DNA from: Minutocellus sp. GHC0000111
Taxonomy: Eukaryota
Reading direction: 5' to 3'
Assembly: GCA_977018835.1 (NCBI GenBank)
Contig: OZ361258.1
Location: 1,426,001-1,490,000, forward strand
Length of the DNA stretch: 64,000 bases
Part shown: positions 49,897-62,087 of the stretch, piece after piece
How the letters are laid out: each line of letters opens with the position of its first letter
Position numbering within the stretch: position 1 is the stretch's first letter
Notes under the pieces: generated by a model
Databases searched by the model: none
Told to the model about the DNA's origin: nothing
Seen by the model: only the letters and a program-made list of their open reading frames with translations
Position numbers and translations under genes: made by a program

Positions 49897-50233
49897 AAGT
49901 GTGTTTATTATTGTATGTGGTAATTTAGTTTATGGTTGTCTGAAGAAGTGGCTTATTTTTGTTTATGAGCATGGTCGACCTGCCTAGCTAGCTAGAGGAG
50001 TTCAGCCGTGCACCATATTAGTCGGACGGGGGTGGTTTTCTAACGAATGCCTTGACTGAGACCCCGCCCGCAGCACCCAGTGTTGCCAATGTCTGCAAGA
50101 GGACGGCGACAAGGCCTGTGCTGGCAGTATGCCACGGTTCATGTAATTAACTATATAACTGATGAGATCTGGGCTCAGCTTGTAGCTGGCTCTACACCAG
50201 CTTCACTGCACATGCGCTGCTACTCGTACATGG

Positions 50234-53200
50234 CTAGCTCGAACTGCGCTGAACGAGGCAGTCATATGGAGTGATTGGAGTGGAATCCTCGGCTATGTAG
50301 TCTCCATGCTCGCGCTTCATGTGGGCTCTACACTGCTTCCATTTTGCAACTTCTTCGGGGCAGAAGAGGCACTTGTAGACGTGATTCTTACCGCCTACTT
50401 GCGCTCCACTGATACGTTGAAGTTCAGTGTCGGTGAATGCTTGTTTGATTTCAGTATCAGTAACTTCACTCAATTCCTTGATCTCATCAATGGAACGACA
50501 GATCAAATCTTCGGGGCAGCATCGCTGCATGTGAAGCAAGCATTTGTGCCACCGATTGATTTCGCCACAAAGCAAACATTCGTAGACGCCGGAGGAGATA
50601 TAGTCGTCATACTCTTGTTGCTCATCTCCCTGTTTTCTCTCCCTCTTTCTGATTCGCACCGTAGTGGCTCTTTGCTGAATTTCCTTGGCGATGGCAGGGC
50701 GATCATTGCTAGCAGAAGAAAAGGGAGCGAGCCAAAAGGACTTGTCGTCGGGGGCGCCGCTATAAACGAAGTCATCAGAAGATGCAGACTGTACGACGCG
50801 AACGCGATCAAGTGGCACGGAGCCGTTGCTGCCGTTATCCAGTACCAACTTGGCTTGTGGTTTCGTTGCTGTGCCAGTGAATCCGACACAGAACGCCTGT
50901 TTGTGGGTAGTTGCCACGGCGTTCTCGATCCTATCACCGGCCTTGAACCCTCCGAACTCGAACACGCCTTTCAATTTAATATCATTTGCGACATCTGGGC
51001 CATCGATTTGAGTCGCATCGGACGCTGGTCTCGATGTCTCATCCGCAATGATTACCAGGCAGTGATCCGGATTGACGAGAATGCTTTCGGTGAGCATGGA
51101 TGGGCAACACGAACGCATGTGGTCGAGGCAGTCGCTGTGTTTCACAAAGTGTTCAGAGCAGGAAATGCACTGGTAGCGCCGGTTGAGATCTCCTGGACAG
51201 CACTGCCTTAGGTGCTTCTTCTTTTTCTTCCATGAAGGGAATGTCTCACCGCACTTACCACAAACGAAGTCGTCGGGAGCTTCTTCTGAGCAGCGCCCGT
51301 TTGTGGTATTGGCACTTTCATCAGCTACTGTGGAGGTGTGCGTATCACTTTGTTTCTTGCCGCCTCTGCGTTTCCGGCGGGACTTCTTCTTTTTCGTCTT
51401 CGTACTGCCCTCTGCACTTGGAACCTCATCCTGCTCTTTTGGCGCAGTCGGCATAGGGCCTCCATCCGTTATCTGTGGTGCAGAGTCCATTTCTGCGTAC
51501 AGCGATGTGAGGGCGTTGTCCCACTGTGTATTTGCTGTGGTGTTCTGCGTCGCAGAGCCATTCGATAGTTCCATCGACGATTGCACTACCCTTGTCGATG
51601 ATTTTGATTTCGCGGCTAATGTGCCATCCTCCGACATATCTTCTCGTCTCAACTGTTGACGATTGGCCCTGCTGTTCGCCCGGGAATTCGCTCGACTCGA
51701 TACTGTGGAAGCGGGGCGCAAAAGACGCTCACGAGACTGGTTGGTGGGGACGAAGGGATTCGCCGCAAGATCATCCCACACATCGACGGTATAGCCATCG
51801 ACGTCGTCAAAAATATCGCAGAGACCCCTTACTGTATTCTCGTGGCAGACTAGCTCCTCTCCGAGCGACATGCACGAGCGGTTGAAGGTCAAGGCCTTGT
51901 TGATTCGTTCGATGATCCAATCGGCCATAGTTTCTTGCGTAAACTCTGGACTCGTTTCGCAAATCCATGGTACCAGATGGGCGCACAACTCATCGAGATC
52001 ACCACCTTCGTCGCCTTCGAGGAGGCCGAGTGAGAGGGAGCACTGCGATATTGGGTGGATACCGAATGATAGCAATGCCAGAGCATAAAATAGCCGGCCC
52101 GGGGGCAGCAACGACATGCCTTCGGCGCGAATTGCCCCGCCATTGAGCTCCAATGTATTGGCACAAACTGCATATAGCTCTGACACAGCATCCCCAGTCG
52201 GAATGGCTGTGGAAGGAACGCAATTGACCGGAACATACACCATGCCGTTGCTTTGGTGCCGACGCCATCTTCCACTGTTGATCCCAAGGTCTCTTGCTAA
52301 GCTGATATCAATAGGAACGTTATCTTCGCCGTTGTCAAATCGTATGAAATTATCACGACGCCTCTCCGATGCCATTACCATCATTAGCTTGGCTGCCTCG
52401 GGGACGTCGTCGAGTAGAGGACATTGGCCAAGATCGGCGATTTCGCTGTCGGAAGTGTGGAACTTCACAGTTTGGGGTGCCTGCTGCTTCGTGGCTGTGT
52501 AGCTAAGGTCCTCGGCGGTAGAAGAAAAAAGATCACACAAATCGATGCCAGAAACCTCGGAGCAATCGCCTCCAGTGGTAAGGGTAAATTGCACCTTGCG
52601 ATTCGTCTTCTTCCCCATGTCAGCCGTGGTGCAAGAAATGAAGCTGCGGAGCAAGTTGGGGTCAGCGTCCAAGATGTGCTTATCAAATAGTTTCTTGAAC
52701 TCTTTGGCCTTGGTCTTCTTTTGACGGCTCGAGAGGCGGACGAGGCTAGTGGCAACGCCATCAGGAAGGGGATCCCCACCACTGGGGTACTGGGTCCATG
52801 CGGCGCAGGCTCTTCCACGTCGTCCTCTCTTGTTCTTGGAGTGGATCTCGACGTAGTCAACAGCGACCGGGGCCTCCTTGAAGATGCCAGTGTTGGCAAT
52901 AAATCGCTGTAGACCTTCGGACTCATTCCAGACTGCCGCAGCTACAAAGATGTGAATTGAGGCCCCAGAATAATAGGAGACAATGTCATGCTGATGCTCA
53001 AGAGCGTACGAAACGATGCGGCATTCAAAATTGCGAAAGTAGTCGGTGACATCGGCCTGGTATGCATCACTCACAAAGGACCCAGAATGGATGATTTTGA
53101 CTCGGTTGATAATCTCAAAGGGGTGTCGCTCTTCATCGAGGATCTGCAATAGATGCTTGGGTTCGATGGAAGGGCCATTGAGCTCGATAGTGAACGTTCC

Positions 53201-56200
53201 GTCATCACTGGCCTGCAACTCCTTCTTCTTCGAAAGCTCAATCATAGTGTCATGGAATAGCCACGTTTGTAAAATACGAAGAATAGTAACCTTGGCATGT
53301 GGGGCTTCAAAGGGAGGTTGCTCCACCTCAAGAAAATCCATCGGTACATTAAGACGGTCGGCAACACGACGACGAAGGCTCTCGACGGTACCATGTAAAT
53401 GGCGCAAGCGAGTGAAGGCAACGCATTGTTTTCGGCAGAATTCGCCCTTTGATTTGGCCATCCGGAACGAATGAAGCAGATTCATGATGCCCATGGGCTC
53501 CGAGTAGAGGCCGGCGTCAAACCGACAACGAGACACAAAGGTCCGGGAGGTGATGTCATTGAACTGGTCGGTATCGTGATACATTGGATTTGTCATCGCC
53601 CATGGCGTTTTTGGGAAGGAGAGGATCGCAGCCATTTCAATAGCTTCTGCACCCACCCCGAACTGTATCCCAAGGCCGACCAGGGCGCCCAGCGTAAGGT
53701 CGATGCCAAGGGCTACAACTAAAGCTCCGAGACTGGTGATTTCGCACTCGTCGCTAGGAGTATCGATGAAGTTTGCCTTGTGGAGACTCTTGAATGATCG
53801 ATCGATATTGGAAATATCGGGAGGCTCGAGGCAGGATAGCAGTACCGGCGTTACTTCCTCCTTTAGCATGTCTCTAAGAGATAAGATAACCGAGTCTAGA
53901 GGGATCCTCACCATTTCGCCTGCCTCGAACGGTGCCATATACTTGTGGTAAGCATTCCGACTGTACAGACGATAGACATTGCCTTCTCTGACGCGTCCAG
54001 TTCTACCCGCCCTCTGCGTAGCGCTCGCCTTTGAGATCCACGTCGGCTGCAACATTTGTCGGTGGCTGGCCTCGTTATAAACAATTTGCTTGCAGAGACC
54101 AAGGCAAATTACGTGATCAACATCTGGCAAAGTCACAGACGACTCGGCGGCATTGGTCGCGATGACGACCTTCACCTCGCCTTCTCCAGCCGGCTCGAAT
54201 GCAGCCATTTGTTCCTCGAACGGCACATCAGAGTGGATGGGCAAGCACGTGTAGACGACACCAGGCTTATTGATGGATTCAATAAGGTCACACAAGGCTT
54301 CAATGTCATTCATGCCCGTGACGAATATCAAGACGGCCGACCCATTGCTCGTTCCGACAGACAATGTGATCTGTTTGGCAAGGTGGAAGAGCTTTTCCAT
54401 GTGACTTCGGGAGGGTGCTGACTTGCATTTCCGAGCTTCACCCTCATCAAAGACCTCCATCGCTCTCTTGGCGTCCTTCTGGGGCAACTTTAGCGCCTTA
54501 GCAAGATCTTCAACAAAGAACTCCTTGATTGGGAAGCGTCGAGCACCGACATGGATAGGTGGAGCAATAGGGCACTCTGGAGAGCCGAAGTAGGACTGAT
54601 ATAGGGAGGCCGCCATTGTTGCACTCATCAATACGAGGCGAATCGTTGGGTGCGATGCCAGAAGACGTCGGCAGAGAAGACATATAATGTCGCAATCAAC
54701 ACTCCTTTCATGAACCTCGTCAATGACCAGGTGAGTGTGGGAGTCGAAGAACTCTGGGTGATTCGCAAGAAGCCGAACGCAATAGCCAGTGGTTACAAAC
54801 CACGCTCGCGTCTCCATCCCTTCGTATTCTCGCATGCCATGGCCCATTCTGAGTGCAATCTTCTTTCGGAGGCCAGGCTCGCAGTCGCGAACGCGCTCAG
54901 TGAGACTCTTGGCTGCGATCCGACGAGGTTGAGTGATGAACATTTTCACTTCGGGTGCCTTGGCGGTCGGTTCTGGAGGCTGTGACCGAAGAAGTATGAT
55001 TGGAACTCGGGAGGATTTGCCGCAGCCCTGGGCGATGGGTAGGACACCAAGTGTATATTATATACATGTATAAATGGAATAGAATGTGCTCGCATATGTG
55101 AGAAAAGAAAAGGAGAAATCGATTCAACCAAAGAAATTTATCAAACCATCCACTCACCGTCTCGCCGTGGAAAATTGTGACTCGCTGTGTCCTTACAGCC
55201 TCTAAAATTTCATGCTCGTGCTCATCAATGGGAAGTTGCTGCTTGGGCTGTGCCTTCTTCGCTTCTACCTGAGCCGTCTCTGTAGATCCTGGATGCCGAG
55301 AGGTTACTTCCTCAATAAATTCCCGCTCGTTCTTCCCTTGGATCTCATTGTCGAGGCTAAAGTCTTCGTACGAGAGAGACTCGACCGCATAGAGATATGA
55401 GGAAGGATCCAGAACCTCGAAGGGTAGAGCAGCACCTCCATCATCACCAGCTTCATCTCGAACAGTTGCAATTACAATGCGTTCAAGCACGTACAATACA
55501 CGAACATCGTTCCAGCGGATTTTGTTGGGCACACGAATCTCGGAGTGATGATTCGATGTTAGTACTTCGGTCACAACTCGAAATGCATCCGCATGAAGCT
55601 GCTCCACACATGCATCGCCTTCTTGCCGGTAGGATACGTTTGCCATGTGCTGCAACAAGGGCACAAGGATGGCGTCGCGAAGGGGCATTCGATCCTTGGC
55701 TGATATCGACAGAGAGATGTCCAACGTAGACGGGAGCGAGGGGGTGCATTTGTTAGCAGCTAGGGCAGCGTGCATATCAAAATTGCCCATGACGGCATCG
55801 GCGCCGTCCTCATCGTCGCTTTCATTCTCCAAAGCATCGTCCAAATCAAGCTGCTCGACATCCTCAAAAGTGTAGAGGGCCCTGGAAAACGAAATGGCAG
55901 CATCCAGCCGAGGTATTTCCGAACGGACACGGAAGCCATTCTCAGCCTTATCAACGACAAATTCCACAACGCTGCTGACATCGGACCAATCCAATTCGGC
56001 CAATTTACCCCACGTTGCAGCATCGTTGGCGGCGGCATCCACATCATTGTCCTCGATGGCATCCCTCTCCCAGTAGAGGCTCTGACGATACTGCATTCGC
56101 TTGGACGAATCGGCATGTCGAAGGAACGGTCCAGTGTAATCATTGCCAAGGACAATGGAAAGATCGACGAGATAGTGTGCGTCCGGCAGGCCGATGGATG

Positions 56201-57503
56201 TCGCCACGTCCGCAGGCCGGACGATGGTCCCTCGGATCTCGTTGGGCAAACTAAAATCCAGCTGTTGCAGAGGAACATACTGGACCGATCCAAATAATTG
56301 GGAATGGCGAAGTTCGGTTTCTTCACAGAGAATATCATTTGCGTTCGATTCCACATTCCGAAGCGCACCGCTATCTGGAGTATCTTCTGCGCCAAAGGAC
56401 GGCAGAGGCAGGGCACTGGCATCCGGCGCCCTGGCCTGGAAGGACGATCCGGCAAAGTATCGATCCTCCCCGTACCGTATCGTTTCCTTTTTACTGCCAT
56501 CTTCACCACCAACACCGCTGGGACCATGCCCATAAATACAGTAATCGGAATCCTGTCCCAGACAATAGGTACTCCCAGTTACATCGGACGCACTGGCCTT
56601 GGCCACCTCGACGTCGGCCTCGCCCACGCAATCGACGAAGCTGACCCGGCCTGGTGCCACGGTCGTGGCAAAGTGTTCCATCGATCTTCGACATTGTTCC
56701 AACACCAACCTGCCCAGTGGAAACGATGACCAGTACGCATCGGCCTCGGCCTCCTCCTCGTTTGCATGGGCGTCATTGCTACTACTAGCACCAAGCTGAT
56801 TCTGTTGTTGTCGGCTCGCTTTCCGTGACGTGCTGCGATACTTGCTAATCCTTTTCTTTCCTCCACCACCAGACGATGATGCAGTGGACGACGGAACAGC
56901 ACACCCACGAGGTAGGACGCCACGTTCACAATATTCGCGCAGGTTGGTCCACTCCTCCTCCCTCCGTTCGTCTCTGCGCCTGCGTTCTCGTCTCTTCGTC
57001 CTCTGCCCGATGGAGGCTCTGGCGTCGGCATCAGCATTGGTCTTGGCATCAAAGTATACGGTGGCATGGCGCATGCCTCGATTTACAACCAGCTCCGTCA
57101 GATACGAGATGGTGGTGGTATGGACCACGTACGGAGGCAGAAAGGTCGGGATGAGACTTGCCACCACCGATGCAGCCGTTGCTCCTCCGCCTGTTGCCGA
57201 CGCCGATGCATCGAGAACATTCCGCCGATGCCGCCGATACGCCATTCGCAACAGGTGGAACGACAGGCCATCCCCGTCGATGGCCAGGGTGGAGCCACGG
57301 GGGATGGTCTGGTAGTGCGCATCGTGGCGGGTCGGCACGTCGAGGGTGGTGGGAACGTCGTCGTCGTCGGTGGCGGTGGCGGCAGCAGCAGTCGATGATG
57401 ATAATGAGGGTAGATTGCCGCCGACGCCTCCTCCATGGCGCTTTGGAGCCGATGGAAGGAGGCCGTGCTGGACCAGCAGCGACGTCAGGCCGTGGACGCC
57501 CAT
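50234..57503 (-). CDS. ~2380-aa fusion: XPG/Asteroid-like PIN nuclease domain + DEAH-box RNA helicase + C-terminal zinc fingers; intron 55028-55157
   Basis: MGVHGL, IDGDGL, VYFD, GEAD, GQDSD, LGNDY. Spliced Walker A GET|GCGKS, TQPRRIAA, DEVH, MSAT, TNAAESSVT, QRAGRTGR. Four CxxC-x12-H-x3/4-C/H fingers. Confidence 0.9.
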
Positions 57504-57831
57504 ATATGGTCTTTGGGCGGACCCACTGGCTATTCAATGAGGTTGCAAGCTGGTCCTCAACCTTCTACTAGACTAGCTAGTACTCGCCTGGATGCTGACT
57601 GCTGATACGACGCTTTAAGATGGTGCGCCTCGGACGACGGACAGGCCTTTTCAACAAGATGTGTCGGCACACGCACAAGCAAGAAGATACGCAAGATACG
57701 AGGCTCGAGCTCATACGCAAGTTGCAAAGTGAAAGCACCACCGACTTGAGTTGTTTGTTCCCCCGGCAAGATATTATACCGGCCTACTCTCTTCGTTGCT
57801 TTGGGACAACCCAAGCCAGCGGAAGCTAAGC

Positions 57832-59178
57832 ATGAGCTCAGGCGGCGGCGACGAACACTCCAGGTCACTCGATGATGTTGACGGTGCCGACGTGGACGCC
57901 GACAACAATGAAGCATCCAACGCGCCCTCCTGCATCGTCGGTGGTAAGTTGCTCAAATCAGCGGAACCAGATTTGGAGGTGGCCGTAGGGCAGGGAGACG
58001 ACACGAGAACCTATCAGCACTATTCCGTCGTTCTTGCCAGCTACAGCGACTACATCGACACCATGCTGTCGGTCCCCATGCGCGAACAGGAGACGCGTCG
58101 TATCACCTTTCCGGACATTACGCCGGCAAACTTTGACAAGATCATGACGATGCACCAGATCAACGGCCGACGTGACCTCAAGTCGTTTGTGAACAAGGAG
58201 GAGGCACCGATATTGCTGCCCCTGTTGGACAAGTACCAGTTCATCGATGCGCTGGATGCGTGGGATGCCCTGCTGGCCAAACTGTTTGGCGGATGGATTT
58301 ACGAGTCACTGACGGCGGGGGATTTGCAGAACGCCATTGCCGTTGCCCAGGCGGCTCATGGGCTCAACGCGGCAAGCATGGAGAAGAGCCAACCCAAGAT
58401 GGCCAAGTTTGCGATTGATAAGCTGCAGGACATGCCGACGTCGCTAACGGCAGAAAATGTGAAAATTCTCTTGTCATTGGTGGAAGCTGACGATAATGAC
58501 GATGATGATAATGTTCGAGCCATTGCGAACTTCATCGACATAGCATGCAATGGTGACATGACCCCATCGAAACCTCTCGGTAAAGAGACAAACTTGGAGT
58601 CAAGGATATCGAACGGTATGCTATGGCACATTGAAAGAGATATGCAGCAGATGAGAAGGATGATAAGAGAAACCGATTTTGCCGAGCGATTGAGAATGAG
58701 AACCCTGCAACTGGGCGAGCAGGATGATATGATGCGGCGGCTCGTCGTCAAGCGCCTTCGAGTCGATGCTCCACCTGGGGAATCAGACGACGAATTGAAC
58801 CTCGTCACCGGAGATTATGTTCGCAAAGATGCCACTGTTGAAGGATTCGTTTCCAAAATGGGAAAAACTGCTGGCGCAAAGAGGTATTGCTACACTAAAC
58901 ACTTTACATCTGAGGACGGCGACGCAATGAAAATCATTATAGAGCCCTATGATCTTCTTGGCACAAAATGGGTAATGACAGACTATGAAATCGCCGATGA
59001 TGACGATGATAGCTCGATTTTTCAATTCCTCTTCTTTTGTGAGAACGAGTTTGGTTCACTGCTTCCTCCTAAATTTGGCTGGAAGAGAGCATCGCGTGAA
59101 GAGGATGACAATCCCAATTCAATCTTTGACACCGACAACCCAACTCTTCACTATAATATCGAGAGCCGCACTTGGTAA
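57832..59178 (+). CDS. BTB/POZ-domain protein
   Basis: PDLEVAVG..YQHYSVVLASYSDYIDTMLSVPMREQETRRITFPDITP..F..LLPLLDKYQF. Confidence 0.85.
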   Translation: MSSGGGDEHSRSLDDVDGADVDADNNEASNAPSCIVGGKLLKSAEPDLEVAVGQGDDTRTYQHYSVVLASYSDYIDTMLSVPMREQETRRITFPDITPANFDKIMTMHQINGRRDLKSFVNKEEAPILLPLLDKYQFIDALDAWDALLAKLFGGWIYESLTAGDLQNAIAVAQAAHGLNAASMEKSQPKMAKFAIDKLQDMPTSLTAENVKILLSLVEADDNDDDDNVRAIANFIDIACNGDMTPSKPLGKETNLESRISNGMLWHIERDMQQMRRMIRETDFAERLRMRTLQLGEQDDMMRRLVVKRLRVDAPPGESDDELNLVTGDYVRKDATVEGFVSKMGKTAGAKRYCYTKHFTSEDGDAMKIIIEPYDLLGTKWVMTDYEIADDDDDSSIFQFLFFCENEFGSLLPPKFGWKRASREEDDNPNSIFDTDNPTLHYNIESRTW

Positions 59179-59241
59179 TGGCCAACATTTTAAAGTGCAT
59201 ACTAGCCCTTTTCTATTCTATTATTATTACAATATCTATTG

Positions 59242-61698
59242 CTATTGGTTCTTGTCCTTTGTTTGTAGATCAGCCTTGTAGCACATAATCTCAGCTGCTT
59301 CCGCAATCCTTGCCATTTTATTCGGATCCTCCACCCAATCGCCATGCCCCTCGCCCGGAAAAACAGTGACGTTTATCGGTCCAGCTGAAAAGTGGTTGGA
59401 TCCGGCCTCTTCCAGAACCGACACGGGGGCTCCTTTCGACTTGAGATACTGTTCCACCTTTTCGGCTGGTACCAAGGCATCTTCAGCGCTCAAAAACACT
59501 GCACAGGGTATGTTACTTTGGATCTGCTCTGTGAATAGGGATATGGCGGTCCAAGGGAAACTTCTCTGAATCGTCCAATTGATCATGATATCGGTTCGGC
59601 ACATGTAGGCGATCGATCCGGGATCAGACCGATGGTAGACAAAATGGCGTGTCAGAGAACTTGTATGGAGGCAGAAGCAAATGGGATCTAAAAAGCAGAC
59701 AGCGGCGACACAACCGGTCGGCGCGTACTTGAGCATGTAGCTGAGCCAGGATGTGCCATACGAGTGGCCAGCAAACATTGCACGGAGATGGCCGTGCGAC
59801 GCAAGCATAGCGGTGAGGGTGCTTGTTACCGAAGCCGGAGGCAAAATGCTGTACGGCGACTGCCAAGGGCGAAAGGCCGAGACGTAAGGGATCTCGGGAA
59901 GGAAGATAGGTCTGCCCGACTTCAAGAAGCCATCAATAAGAGGTAGATATATAATCAAACCCACACCGATGCCATGGCAAAATACAATTGGGATCTTTTC
60001 GTCATCATCGCTACCACTGTCACTACCACTGTCGCTTGCCTTGTCGGTGCCGGGATGGTAGTAGTAGGCGACCTGACCCAGCTTCTTTCGTTGAAAGCCT
60101 CTCATCATCATTAGAACTCGCAGCCCTCCGTCGGTGAGGAGAAGAATCAAAATGTGAAACGCCAAGGGGTACGTAGAAAGGCCGAGCAGGGGATCGGAAG
60201 AGTACTTGGCATATCTCAGAGGTTCGTTCCGATGAGGAAACAGAGTCTCCCTCGCAAACCCAGTAGCACTAACGAAGGTTTCCCGCGCAGAGTGCTCCAG
60301 GGATTCAATGGCCTCATGACACTGGGTGATTTTTCTCATCACGCCAGCCATTTGCTTCGATGGTACAGCGGACGACATGGATCTCATCCTTGCTAATAAT
60401 ACCCTGTAGCCTTTCAGTTGTTGTCGCAGTGCTTTCCTTCGATTTGAGAGCTTTGTGGCCGTGGCAAGAACGAGACGCTCCTTGACGTCGCACATTCGAT
60501 TCCATGCCTCGGTTAACTGAGTTTGTGTTGCGTGACTAAATGCAGTAATTCTTTTATCGACATCGCCGCCCTTGTCAATCGCTCTGTAGTATGCGTTTTC
60601 GTATGTTTCGTACGCAGCTGCCATTGCGGTCTCTTCTGCTTCCACGATTTGTTGCCGCTTCTCTGCCATTTTTTCATACAGTTGCTGGCGTTTCTCCGCC
60701 ACAAAGCCCTCGTACTTGGCCATATAGTTCTCATACAGGTTGGAGAAATAAGTCGACTCCTCGCTCAGAGCATTCTCTGGGAATCGAAACCATTCCTGAG
60801 GGTTCACTCTGTCGTTGGGATTCGACGACCACTGGAGATCTGAAAGCTTGGGCGGTGCCGGTCGATTTCGTGGCGAATAGCTCACTGCATAGCCCTCGGC
60901 ATCCGAGGACGCATATCCGCTATGATATCCGTCGGTGCCACTAAAATACCCATCCACATCTGATGACGCATAACCGCTGCAATCCGATGCATAGGACACT
61001 CTTGGTCGTCTCTCGACACCGTATTTGTGAATGCTTATCCTCCATTCGATCTCATCGATGAACTCCGTCAGCTGCTCGAGCTCATCCTGGGTCAAATGTT
61101 CCTGATTGCAACCCTCGTACATGCTCCAGGCCACAAAGTCCAACAAGTCATACTTGGAAATCTGTTCCAGTGGCAAATCGAAGAACCATCCTGTCAAGAA
61201 ACCGACCGGGTCCTCACTCTCACTCTTCATCATTGTCGACCAGAAATCTCTGCGTTCCTCTAGGCCAAGCATGGGCGCCGCCGACAAGGAGGCCTCAAGC
61301 GGGTCCTTCCCCTGGAGCCAGTAGATATGTATTTTGAGAATGATGAAGAACAACCCCTCAATGACGGCCCATACCTCCATGAAGAAGGAGCTCTTCTGCA
61401 TCAGAGATATTAAGCGCGCGAGGGGTGGCACGTAATGCTCGATCGGCTCGGCAAACCCGACGGGAAAGGCATCGGCCAGTTCTCTTAACAACACTAGAAT
61501 GATGTACACATATGCCGCCGGAACCACCAGCTTGACCAGAAAGAAGAAGATGCCACTGGGGGTGAAGATCCCCCTTGCCCCCTTCTCGAGCGGTAGCTCA
61601 TTTTCATTGATCCGGTCCGACGCCCGCCGAGAGATGAAGGACTCGGTTCGACGGAGGCGAAAGAGCGGACTTCCGCCTAATGCGCCCGTTCCATTCAT
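59242..61698 (-). CDS. Membrane-associated alpha/beta hydrolase
   Basis: PIVFCHGIGVG, nucleophile elbow GHSYG, LDPICF, D(ALVP), GHG; N-terminal TMs; central coiled coil. Confidence 0.85.
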   Translation of the reverse strand: MNGTGALGGSPLFRLRRTESFISRRASDRINENELPLEKGARGIFTPSGIFFFLVKLVVPAAYVYIILVLLRELADAFPVGFAEPIEHYVPPLARLISLMQKSSFFMEVWAVIEGLFFIILKIHIYWLQGKDPLEASLSAAPMLGLEERRDFWSTMMKSESEDPVGFLTGWFFDLPLEQISKYDLLDFVAWSMYEGCNQEHLTQDELEQLTEFIDEIEWRISIHKYGVERRPRVSYASDCSGYASSDVDGYFSGTDGYHSGYASSDAEGYAVSYSPRNRPAPPKLSDLQWSSNPNDRVNPQEWFRFPENALSEESTYFSNLYENYMAKYEGFVAEKRQQLYEKMAEKRQQIVEAEETAMAAAYETYENAYYRAIDKGGDVDKRITAFSHATQTQLTEAWNRMCDVKERLVLATATKLSNRRKALRQQLKGYRVLLARMRSMSSAVPSKQMAGVMRKITQCHEAIESLEHSARETFVSATGFARETLFPHRNEPLRYAKYSSDPLLGLSTYPLAFHILILLLTDGGLRVLMMMRGFQRKKLGQVAYYYHPGTDKASDSGSDSGSDDDEKIPIVFCHGIGVGLIIYLPLIDGFLKSGRPIFLPEIPYVSAFRPWQSPYSILPPASVTSTLTAMLASHGHLRAMFAGHSYGTSWLSYMLKYAPTGCVAAVCFLDPICFCLHTSSLTRHFVYHRSDPGSIAYMCRTDIMINWTIQRSFPWTAISLFTEQIQSNIPCAVFLSAEDALVPAEKVEQYLKSKGAPVSVLEEAGSNHFSAGPINVTVFPGEGHGDWVEDPNKMARIAEAAEIMCYKADLQTKDKNQ

Positions 61699-62087
61699 GG
61701 CTGAGGTAAGACTACAAGCGTGTTAGGAGACTGATTGCATGGTATTGACGTGGGGTGTGCTCGTTTTCACGGCGTATCGCAGTTTTGCAGTTTATCGGCA
61801 GGTTTTGGCATCGGCCGACACCGTCGAATGACGACGTCTGGCGGACGACGACAGACCTCATTCTTGCGAAGGACCGGATGGACGGACAGAGCGCTGAATG
61901 ACGCGGTGGAAGAATGAGCCGATGAGCAGGTGACTGACTATGACCTACTACGTAGTAGGTAGAGGTTGCTACGAAGCGATTGATTCATCTCGATTCATTC
62001 GTGGCTTGATACGCACAGCGTTTTATTTCATTATTTCTTCATAACTAGGATTACCTCGCCGAATGATGAACGGATCTACTTGCGAGG

